Positions 6,831 to 14,643 of a stretch of 22,936 nucleotides of DNA are shown piece after piece. Position 1 is the first letter of the stretch. Every line of letters begins with the position of its first letter. The notes under the pieces were generated by a model. The model was not told the DNA's origin. It ran no database searches and was given only the letters and a program-made list of their open reading frames with translations. Both the position numbers and the translations under genes were made by a program. This stretch comes from Ignavibacteria bacterium (GTDB lineage Bacteria > Elusimicrobiota > Endomicrobiia > PHAN01): NCBI GenBank assembly GCA_041694835.1, contig JBGFRZ010000068.1, positions 1-22,936 of the forward strand, in the 5' to 3' direction.

Positions 6831-9581
6831 TTAATTATTTGTGCGGCGGAGCGCTACCGGGCAAACCTTTAACTCTGGCATTTTGGAGACGGGGTCAAGT
6901 ACTGCGTGATTCATAAGTGCGTTCGTTGGCGATTCGGCAAAATGAAAACTCATTGAGACAACGCCAGGAAGAACATTTTCTGAAACTTGCAACTTAACCC
7001 TGATTTCACCGCGGCGCGAGACAACTTTTACAAAATCTCCGTCGGAAAGCCCGAGTTTTTCGGCGTCTGATGGGTTTATTTCAAGATGTTCCTCCGGGCT
7101 GATTTTATTAATACCATCAACCTTTCTTGTAAAACTCCCCGTGTGATAATGATAGAGCAACCTCTCTGTTGTAAGTATTAACGGATAATCATCGTCGGGC
7201 AATTCCGTAGATGGTTTATACGAAACCTTCATAAAGAGTCCTTTCCCGCGGGTGAATTTTTCCCTATGGAGAATATCTGTCCCGGGATGATTTTCGTCGG
7301 GACACGGCCATTTAAGTGTTTTTTCACTTAAGCGTTTGTATGAAATCCCGCCGTAAATGGGAGTTAACTTTGCGATCTCGTCCATTATTCCCGACGGATT
7401 CTGAAAATCAAATCCCCCTTCAATTCCCTCTTTGTAAAAGGGGGATACAGTGGGATTTTCCTCTTTTTGTAAAGAGAGATGGCGGCGGATTTTCAATATT
7501 TCTTTTGCCAGTTCGCAGACGATCAGCCAATCGGACCTTGATTCACCGAGCGGCTTTATCGCTTTATTTACAAGTTGAACCCTTCTCTCAGTATTAGTGT
7601 ATGTTCCGTCTTTTTCGGCAAAACTGCATGACGGAAGAACGAACGCGGCGAGTTTTGCCGTTTCAGTCAAAAACATATCCTGAACGACGAGAAATTCTAA
7701 TTCCGTCAAAGAACACTCGGAGTGTTTTAAACACGGTGCGCTTAAAATTGGATTTGCGCCCACGATATACATCGCCTTTACTTTACGGACATATGCTTCC
7801 TTAAACATTTCAGTCAATGTTAACCCGGGTTTTGGGTTCAGATTTGTCTGATAAAATTTTTCAAATTTCTCTCTTACGGATGCATCGTCTATTTTTTGAT
7901 AACCAGGGTAGACGCCGGGCAGACAACCCATATCGCAGGCGCCCTGCACATTGTTTTGTCCGCGCAAGGGGTTTAATCCCGTAGATGGTTTACCGATATT
8001 CCCCGTAAGAAGGGCCAGATTTGAAATTACAAAAACATTGTCCGTCCCATGAGTATGTTGCGTTATACCCATGCCGTAGAGAATTGTGGCGGGTTTTTGG
8101 GTTGCATATATTCTTGATGTTTTTATTATTAACTCTTTTCCGACGCCTGTAATTTTTTCTACATCTTCTAAACTGATATTACTCAAATGAGTAATATATT
8201 CGTCGTAATTCTCGCATCTTTCGCGAATAAATTTTTCATCCTGTAGATTTTCGTCTACAATAACTTTCGCAATACCATTAAGTAATGCAACATCAGTTCC
8301 GGGTTTATGGTGTAATGAGAGATAAGCGAATCGGCACAATTCAATTTTTTTAGGATTGATGACTATTAGTTTGGCGCCATGAGCAACTGCTTTTTTGATT
8401 TTAAGACCTATCACGGGGTGAGTGGCTGTAGAGTTTGAGCCGATAGAAAGAATCGTCTTTGCATCGGCGATCTCAGAAATTGAGTTCGTCATCGCCCCCG
8501 AACCAAGCGTCTGTGCCAAACCGGCAACAGATGGAGCGTGACAGAGACGGGCGCAGTGGTCAATGTTGTTTGTCTTTAAGACCGTCCGGGCAAATTTTTG
8601 TATGATATAGTCATCTTCATTAGTGCATTTTGCCGACGATATAACGGCGATTTCATCACCTTGATATTTAGCAAACTTTTCGGCAATTACACTCAATGCT
8701 TCTTCCCATGAAATTTCCTTAAAACTTCCGTCGGGTTGTCTTGCAAGTGGCGATGTAATCCTGTCTTTATGATGCACAAATTCTTTTATGCCGAATCTTC
8801 CTTTTACGCATAACTGTCCTTTATTTGCGGGTCCGTCGATATCCGGCGCAATTCTTACGATTTTTTCATTTTTTATTTCCAGTTTTATGGAACATCCAAC
8901 ACCACAATAAGGACATATTGTTGTCACAACTTTATCAGGATTTAATGATTGGCGAAAATCCTTTTCTAATATCGCTCCCGTCGGACAAATGTCTACACAG
9001 GCACCGCAGAATTCACAGTTGGAATTTTCCAGTTTTTTAGAAAAGGATGTGCATGGTATTGTTTTAATTCCGCGAAAAGCAAAATCAACCGCATTGTTTT
9101 TTCTTATTTCATTGCAAACACGAACACATCTTCCGCAAAGAATACACAGATTATAATCACGGTTAAAAAACGGCTCGTCATTATAAACAAGAATATCTTT
9201 TTCTATGAAAGGCAGAGTCAACCTTTCAACCCCCAAATAAGCGGCAATCGTCTGTAATTCACATCTTAAATTTTTCGCACAAGTAGTGCATGACTTATTA
9301 TGCTGGCTTAAAATCAGTTCAAATATTTGACATCGCAAATTCTGAAGCAACCCTGTGTTTGTTCTGACCACCATACCGTCTTCAACATATGTGGTGCATG
9401 TCGTTGGAAATCCCTTCATACCGTCAATTTCAGCGATACAAAGTCGGCAGGCGCCGTGAGGTGCAAGTTGAGAGTAATAGCAGAGCGAAGGAATATAAAC
9501 ACCATTTTGTTTTGCCGCTTCAAAAACGGTTGTTTTATTTTCAAGTTCTATTTGTTTACCGTCAATAATAATTCTTTTCAT
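6831..9581 (-). CDS. fdhF: Mo/W-bisPGD formate dehydrogenase alpha subunit with NuoG/HydA-like N-terminal FeS domains (Cys type)
   Basis: [2Fe-2S] C...GACRLC...C, HxxxCxxCxxxxxC, two CxxCxxCxxxC motifs, CPYCGVGC...CVKG, active site CARLCHAPS, RGQNNVQG, C-terminal molydopterin dinucleotide-binding domain. Confidence 0.92.
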   Translation of the reverse strand: MKRIIIDGKQIELENKTTVFEAAKQNGVYIPSLCYYSQLAPHGACRLCIAEIDGMKGFPTTCTTYVEDGMVVRTNTGLLQNLRCQIFELILSQHNKSCTTCAKNLRCELQTIAAYLGVERLTLPFIEKDILVYNDEPFFNRDYNLCILCGRCVRVCNEIRKNNAVDFAFRGIKTIPCTSFSKKLENSNCEFCGACVDICPTGAILEKDFRQSLNPDKVVTTICPYCGVGCSIKLEIKNEKIVRIAPDIDGPANKGQLCVKGRFGIKEFVHHKDRITSPLARQPDGSFKEISWEEALSVIAEKFAKYQGDEIAVISSAKCTNEDDYIIQKFARTVLKTNNIDHCARLCHAPSVAGLAQTLGSGAMTNSISEIADAKTILSIGSNSTATHPVIGLKIKKAVAHGAKLIVINPKKIELCRFAYLSLHHKPGTDVALLNGIAKVIVDENLQDEKFIRERCENYDEYITHLSNISLEDVEKITGVGKELIIKTSRIYATQKPATILYGMGITQHTHGTDNVFVISNLALLTGNIGKPSTGLNPLRGQNNVQGACDMGCLPGVYPGYQKIDDASVREKFEKFYQTNLNPKPGLTLTEMFKEAYVRKVKAMYIVGANPILSAPCLKHSECSLTELEFLVVQDMFLTETAKLAAFVLPSCSFAEKDGTYTNTERRVQLVNKAIKPLGESRSDWLIVCELAKEILKIRRHLSLQKEENPTVSPFYKEGIEGGFDFQNPSGIMDEIAKLTPIYGGISYKRLSEKTLKWPCPDENHPGTDILHREKFTRGKGLFMKVSYKPSTELPDDDYPLILTTERLLYHYHTGSFTRKVDGINKISPEEHLEINPSDAEKLGLSDGDFVKVVSRRGEIRVKLQVSENVLPGVVSMSFHFAESPTNALMNHAVLDPVSKMPELKVCPVALRRTNN
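7410..7493. repeat. Palindromic element inserted in frame in fdhA
   Basis: AAATCCCCCTT...TCCCTCTTTGTAAAAGGGGGA...GGGATTTT followed by CCTCTTTTTGTAAAGAGAG...GGATTTT; encodes KIRRHLSLQKEENPTVSPFYKEGIEGGF. Confidence 0.7.
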
Positions 9582-11518
9582 CTTAATTTTTGGGAACCCC
9601 GGAACTTGTCACAATGACCATCGGGGTGGCTTATTTCCACGGCGGCGAATTTACAGAGAGTAAAACATATCCCGCACTTGATGCATTTTTCATAGATTAT
9701 ACTGTGAGCCTTTTTTGGTTCGCCTTTAATTGCTTCGGAAGGACAACTTTTGAAACACAAATGACAGCCGTTGCATTTATCGGACAATATCTCGTATGTT
9801 ATAAGTGCCTTACAGACACCTGCTGGACATTTTTTGTTTTTTATATGACTTTCATATTCGTCGTAAAAATACTTTATCGTCGTTAAGACGGGGTTGGTCG
9901 CCGTTTTGCCAAGTCCACATAGTGCTGTTTTCTGGATCATTTCAGCAAGTTCCTGTAATTTTATTAAATCATTGCTTTCCGCCAAACCACCGGTTATTTT
10001 TTCAAGAATACCAAGCATCTGTTTTGTCCCTGTACGACAGGGCACGCATTTGCCGCATGACTCTTTCTGAGTAAAATCCAAAAAGTAACGAGCCATATCA
10101 ACCATGCAGGTGTCTTCATCAAGTACCACCATTCCGCCTGAACCCATCATCGAGCCAGCGGCAGTAAGAGAATCAAAATCAATAGGTGTGTCCAGCAAAC
10201 TTGATGGAAGACATCCCCCTGAGGGCCCGCCGGTCTGCACCGCCTTAAAGGTTTTACCGTCGGGAATCCCGCCGCCGAGAACAAAAATGATTTCGCGAAG
10301 AGTAATTCCCATAGGCACTTCTATCAAGCCGCAGTTTGCAATTTTCCCCGTCAGAGAAAAAATCGCCGTCCCCTTGCTTTTTTCAGTGCCACGGCTTGCG
10401 AACCAATCTGCTCCTCTGTTGATGAGCCATCGGATGTTGGCAAAGGTTTTTACATTGTTGAGAAGTGTTGGTTTGCCCCATAACCCGGACTCTGCGGGAT
10501 ACGGCGGGCGAAATTTGGGCATCCCTCTTTTTCCTTCTATAGACATTATAAGAGCTGTCTCCTCCCCACAGACGAATGCTCCCGCCCCTTGAAAAATTTC
10601 TATGTCAAAATCAAAATTTTTACCCAAAATATTTTTGCCGAGAAATCCCTTTTCTCTTGCTTGAGATATAGCGATTTGCAGACGCTTCACCGCCAGTGGA
10701 TACTCTGCCCGAACATAAATATAACCTTGTTTGGCTCCGACGGCATAGCCAGCGATGATGAGACCTTCCAATACCGAGTGAGGGTCACCTTCTAAAACTG
10801 AACGGTCCTGGAATGCTCCGGGGTCGCCTTCATCGGCATTGCAAATTACAAAAGTTGAGAGATGAGAGGTGAGAGGTGAGAGGTCAGAGGTCAGAGGTGA
10901 GAGGTGAGAGATGAGAGATGAGAGGTGAGTTTTTTCTCTGTCCCCCGTTCTCTGTTCTCTAAACTCTAAACTTGCTTTTCGGCATGCTTCCCATTTTTGT
11001 CCCGTGGGAAAACCGGCTCCGCCAAGGCCCCGCAATCCCGAACGCTTTACCTCGCTAATAACCTGTTCCGACGACATTTCAAGAAGAACCTTGCGCAGCG
11101 CATCATAACCGCCGACGACGATGTAGTCGTTTATTTCTTCAGGGTCGATATAGCCGCAGTTTTTTAGAACGGTGCGTTGCTGCTTGCTATAAAAAGCAAT
11201 GTCTTGGTGATGAGATATTGGTTTGCCGCTATCAGGGGCGCGATAAAATAGCCGCTCCACCAGCTGACCCTGCGGCAGGAATGACTGAGCGATATCTGTT
11301 ACATCCGCGACCTTGACTCTTGTATAAAAGATACCTTCGGGTTCGATGACCACAAGAGGACCCTGTTGACAAAAGCCATGGCAACCCGTGCGCTTTACAT
11401 AAACATTCTCACCTAAATCTAATCGCGTAATTTCTTCCCTTATCGCTGCATGAATTTGCCCGGCTCCCGCCGAAACGCAACCCGTCCCTTGACAAACGAG
11501 ACAAGTTTTAACTGGCAT
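9578..11518 (-). CDS. NuoF/HydB-like FMN/NAD(H)-binding subunit with thioredoxin-like [2Fe-2S] and C-terminal 2x[4Fe-4S]
   Basis: CQGTGC...GCHGFC, SGLRGLGGAGFPTG, NADEGDPGAF, GAGAFVCGEETAL, GGPSGG, ESCGKCVPCR, C-terminal CNGCHLC...CP and CIKCGIC; overlaps the fdhA start (ATGA). Confidence 0.92.
   Translation of the reverse strand: MPVKTCLVCQGTGCVSAGAGQIHAAIREEITRLDLGENVYVKRTGCHGFCQQGPLVVIEPEGIFYTRVKVADVTDIAQSFLPQGQLVERLFYRAPDSGKPISHHQDIAFYSKQQRTVLKNCGYIDPEEINDYIVVGGYDALRKVLLEMSSEQVISEVKRSGLRGLGGAGFPTGQKWEACRKASLEFREQRTGDREKTHLSSLISHLSPLTSDLSPLTSHLSTFVICNADEGDPGAFQDRSVLEGDPHSVLEGLIIAGYAVGAKQGYIYVRAEYPLAVKRLQIAISQAREKGFLGKNILGKNFDFDIEIFQGAGAFVCGEETALIMSIEGKRGMPKFRPPYPAESGLWGKPTLLNNVKTFANIRWLINRGADWFASRGTEKSKGTAIFSLTGKIANCGLIEVPMGITLREIIFVLGGGIPDGKTFKAVQTGGPSGGCLPSSLLDTPIDFDSLTAAGSMMGSGGMVVLDEDTCMVDMARYFLDFTQKESCGKCVPCRTGTKQMLGILEKITGGLAESNDLIKLQELAEMIQKTALCGLGKTATNPVLTTIKYFYDEYESHIKNKKCPAGVCKALITYEILSDKCNGCHLCFKSCPSEAIKGEPKKAHSIIYEKCIKCGICFTLCKFAAVEISHPDGHCDKFRGSQKLR
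10856..10969. repeat. Two opposed heptamer arrays in frame in nuoF/hydB
   Basis: Ten units T(G/C)AGAG(G/A) at 10856-10925, then five pyrimidine-rich units TCTCTGT/CCCCCGT/TCTCTGT/TCTCTAA/ACTCTAA at 10935-10969. Confidence 0.9.
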
Positions 11519-11546
11519 ATTGTGCCTCTTTTATTCGCTTCGCTCA

Positions 11547-11567
11547 CCCCCCAATGAATTTGGGGGG
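11547..11567. repeat. Small palindromic repeat CCCCCCAA-TGAAT-TTGGGGGG
   Basis: Same family as ACCCCCGAATAAATTCGGGGGCT at 12556-12578; lies in the 55-bp nuoE-nuoF gap. Confidence 0.7.
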
Positions 11568-11573
11568 CTATAA

Positions 11574-12044
11574 CTATTCGCTATTTGTTATTTGCTGTTT
11601 TTTGCGGGATAGCAATCCCGCCGCTACATTAGGAGTCAATCTGCCATGGACATCTTTGTTAATTGTTATGCACGGCGCCAGTCCACAACAACCGATACAG
11701 GCAACAGAACTCAGTGTGTATTCCAAATCCCGCGTCGTCTCACCTTCTTTGATTCCAAGAACTTTTTCCAGTTCCCCGAGTATTCGCGGGGCACCTTTCA
11801 CATGACAAGCCGTTCCTCTACATACCGCTATCTGTTTCTTTCCAAGCGGAACAAAACGGAACTGCGTATAAAACGATGCGATACCAAAAACCTCACTTTC
11901 TGTTATTCCACAAAATTCGGCAACTTTTTTCATCGCATCTTCCGGGAGATAGCCAAAGTCCAACTGGACTTTCTGTAAAATCGGAATTACTTTAGCTCTT
12001 TTTCCGCTGTACGATGAAAAAATATTCATTAGACGCTTTTTCAT
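11574..12044 (-). CDS. NuoE/HydC-like [2Fe-2S] subunit
   Basis: IPILQKVQ..FGYLP, ASFYTQF, CRGTACHVKG, CIGCCGLAP; 156 aa. Confidence 0.93.
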   Translation of the reverse strand: MKKRLMNIFSSYSGKRAKVIPILQKVQLDFGYLPEDAMKKVAEFCGITESEVFGIASFYTQFRFVPLGKKQIAVCRGTACHVKGAPRILGELEKVLGIKEGETTRDLEYTLSSVACIGCCGLAPCITINKDVHGRLTPNVAAGLLSRKKQQITNSE

Positions 12045-12082
12045 AATTCTTTTACTTGTTAGATTTTCACGCGTTGTTTACA

Positions 12083-12602
12083 GTCCCGACTTGGCGGGAT
12101 AGACAACTATCATTGCGAGAGAGTGGAACAAATGAAGCGATTTCGTTTTTCAAGCAAAATGCAAAATTGCCACGACCCCGATGTATGAGATTATTGAAAA
12201 AAGCCATATTACCACAAAGACACAAAGAAAAATGAGAACCTCACAGAGAAATCACCCGCGAAGATGTGAGTTCTGTGTTATTAAAACTCTGAACCACGAA
12301 GACACGAAAACGCGAAATTGGTGACTTTTTTCGTGATTTCTAACTTTCGCGCTTTCGTGGTAAAGTTTTTTCTCTGTGCTCCTTGCACCGTTAAAAAAAT
12401 CCTTTCTAACGGGGTGAATGCCTCTGTGGTGAGGTTTTTCAGTGGTCTCATGTATCGTGGGACGGCAATGACAAAAGTGTAAAGAACGTTGCTATTTCCT
12501 ACACTTTACTGAAATAATTTTGCCACGGAAATCACGGAAAGACACGGAAATTTATACCCCCGAATAAATTCGGGGGCTCCGTATATTCTATAGTTTGTGG
12601 CT
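12083..12602. repeat. Nested mosaic of palindromic/MITE-like elements filling the cooS-nuoE intergenic region
   Basis: At least seven distinct inverted-repeat units, several nested (see findings). Confidence 0.8.
12187..12449. mobile_element. 263-bp MITE-like element with ATGTAT direct repeats
   Basis: GAGATTATTGAAAAA (12187-12201) and TTTTTCAGTGGTCTC (12435-12449) are 12/15 complementary; ATGTAT at 12181-12186 and 12450-12455. The exact TIR/TSD boundary is ambiguous by 2 bp. Confidence 0.7.
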
Positions 12603-12649
12603 AAAACTTTAATTGCATTCTTTAAGGTTTTATTACTCTATACGCTGGT

Positions 12650-14572
12650 TCAAACGGCCGTTTTAAGTCCGAATTTTCCCGGCTCATATTTTTTAAGTTT
12701 AAGATTTTCTCTCGCTCCATCAATATATTTAATCGCTAATTCGAGAATTTTCTTCGGGTCGGATTCGAAATGAAGTGCTCCCGAAAATTTTTCAAGCCAA
12801 CCGTCGGTCATAATTTTTGTAACTTCTTTGCTCGCAGAAACGGGGGAATCAACACCGAAAATAACAGGCACCCCTGATGCTGCAAAATAGCATCCAATAG
12901 CGACTGCTTTTTCGCTCATCCATTCGGGAGCGATTCCAACCGCCGGCATTCCTGCTATTTCGTCGGACAAACCGCCTTCCTGTGCCATTCTGGTTGCGAT
13001 AGTAAGAATTCTTGAATTGTCTACGCAGGCGCCAAGATGAAGGATGGGTGGAATACCGATTGCCTCGCAAACCTCCCTGAGACCTGAAGCGGCGTTTTCA
13101 AGAGCCATCTCGGGCGTAAGATACCCCGCAACGCCGCAAGCCGCCGAGCCACATCCCGTCGAAACAATAAGGACATCGTTTTTGATTAACTCTGTGGCGA
13201 TAAATCGGTGGATTGCCGTCGCTTCCACTCTTGGATTGTCGCAACCTGCAAGCCCGACTACGCCTCTGATGCGGCCAGAAATAATTGCGTCGTTAAGCGG
13301 TCTGAAAGAACCGCGATATTTTCCGCCCAGCATATACTCTATGTATTCTTCCGAAAATCCCGCTATCAGAGGTGATTTTTTTGCGGCGGGGGCGGCGGAT
13401 TTTTTTCTGTCTGGATAGTTGTCTATAGCGGTGCGGATTATTTTTTTAGCGACTTCTACTGCATGATGTTCATTAAATTCAATGTGAATCGCGCCTTTGA
13501 TTTTTGCCTTCGGCGATGTCGTAATAATCTGTGTGTGGAATTTTTTGGAGAGTTCAACAATAATCGGCATTATACACTGAACATCGACGACGAACGCATC
13601 CACTAGTCCCGTCATAATGGCAAGTTCCTGATTTGTAAAGCCACCCGCCGTCGGAATTCCGTGGCGCATAAGAACTTCGTTGGCGGTGCAGCACATTCCG
13701 GCCAAATTGATGCCTTTGGCGCCTTTTGTTCTAGCGTACTCCAACAATTCTTTGTCCGACGATACCATGACTATGGTCTCAGCGAGCGTCGGCTCATGTC
13801 CGTGAACTACAAGATTGACTTCGTCTTCTTTAAAAATTCCGAAACTCGCTTCCGCTCTTAAAGGATGCGGCGTTCCAAAAAGTATGTCGGTTATATCGGT
13901 GGAAATCATACACCCGCCCCACCCGTCGGCGAGAGCGGTCTTGAGTCCGTGGAGCAAAAGATGCTCGGGGTCGTGGTCGACTCCAATTGATGTTCTATGC
14001 ATCGCTTCAGCAACTTCTCTGTCAATTCCTCTCGGAACAACGCCCCATTTTCTCCAACGTTCTTGAGTTTTTTTAGGGGCGCGGCTTATATAGTTTAATT
14101 CGCCCTTTTGCCGTCCGAAATCGTCGATAAATTTCAAAGCGACTTCTCGCGCGATTTCATTCGTGGTTTGTCCGTCTATTTTTACATTTAGAATTTGGGC
14201 GACTTTACGCAGTTTTGATATATCCGCTATCTTAAAATCTTTGACTTCGCCGTCTGCAACCGCAAGAAGCAGAAGCGCCATATCGCGAGCATGGTCGGAG
14301 TGCGCGGCAGTCCCGGCCGCTATCATCCTTACTATGTTTCTTGCTGCGACGGTCGCAAGGTTTGCTCCACAAACACCTCTCGCTTCTTCTTCGGCGTTTT
14401 TACCAACTAACCGGCACGGTCCCATGTGGCAATGTTTGCAGCATGCCCCGACGGCGCCAATCGGACATGGTTTCATTTTTTCGGCGCGATCAAAACATGT
14501 CTCAAAGTTTTGCGATTCAGCCCACTCAAGTATTTTTACACTCGAAGTATCGGCAGGTTTCATTTTTACCAT
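12650..14572 (-). CDS. cooS: Anaerobic Ni-Fe carbon monoxide dehydrogenase catalytic subunit (CooS/AcsA)
   Basis: D/B cluster CPIGAVGACCKHCHMGPC...C; C-cluster ligands HGHEP, CCTANE, DVQC, GCDN, TGCG, GACVDN; WMSEKA; SD AGGAGGAG at 14575-14582. Confidence 0.96.
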   Translation of the reverse strand: MVKMKPADTSSVKILEWAESQNFETCFDRAEKMKPCPIGAVGACCKHCHMGPCRLVGKNAEEEARGVCGANLATVAARNIVRMIAAGTAAHSDHARDMALLLLAVADGEVKDFKIADISKLRKVAQILNVKIDGQTTNEIAREVALKFIDDFGRQKGELNYISRAPKKTQERWRKWGVVPRGIDREVAEAMHRTSIGVDHDPEHLLLHGLKTALADGWGGCMISTDITDILFGTPHPLRAEASFGIFKEDEVNLVVHGHEPTLAETIVMVSSDKELLEYARTKGAKGINLAGMCCTANEVLMRHGIPTAGGFTNQELAIMTGLVDAFVVDVQCIMPIIVELSKKFHTQIITTSPKAKIKGAIHIEFNEHHAVEVAKKIIRTAIDNYPDRKKSAAPAAKKSPLIAGFSEEYIEYMLGGKYRGSFRPLNDAIISGRIRGVVGLAGCDNPRVEATAIHRFIATELIKNDVLIVSTGCGSAACGVAGYLTPEMALENAASGLREVCEAIGIPPILHLGACVDNSRILTIATRMAQEGGLSDEIAGMPAVGIAPEWMSEKAVAIGCYFAASGVPVIFGVDSPVSASKEVTKIMTDGWLEKFSGALHFESDPKKILELAIKYIDGARENLKLKKYEPGKFGLKTAV

Positions 14573-14595
14573 TACTCCTCCTGGTCCCGTAAAAC

Positions 14596-14636
14596 ATCCC
14601 CTCCCCGTGCTTGATACGTGGGGGGATTAAGGGGTG
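14596..14636. repeat. Small palindromic repeat between cooC and cooS
   Basis: CCCCGTGCTTGATACGTGGGG (14603-14623) shares the core CGTATCAAG (reverse complement) with CCCCGTATCAAGTA at 18628-18641. Confidence 0.55.
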
Positions 14637-14643
14637 TGGCTTT

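Noticed and set aside
8530-8560. Selenocysteine/SECIS in formate dehydrogenase
   Set aside because: The active-site codon is Cys (CARLCH) and the ORF has no in-frame TGA.
6831-12044. Respiratory complex I or [FeFe]-hydrogenase
   Set aside because: No other nuo genes and no H-cluster motifs; the large subunit has molybdopterin formate dehydrogenase signatures.
6742-12420. Composite transposon carrying the fdh module
   Set aside because: No transposase inside and no flanking TSD seen; the 12404-12420 copy belongs to its own local hairpin.
12045-12649. CRISPR array or Moco/W riboswitch upstream of the fdh module
   Set aside because: No regularly spaced identical repeats with unique spacers; the structure is explained by nested dispersed repeats. 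An Rfam scan was not run, so a riboswitch is not formally excluded.
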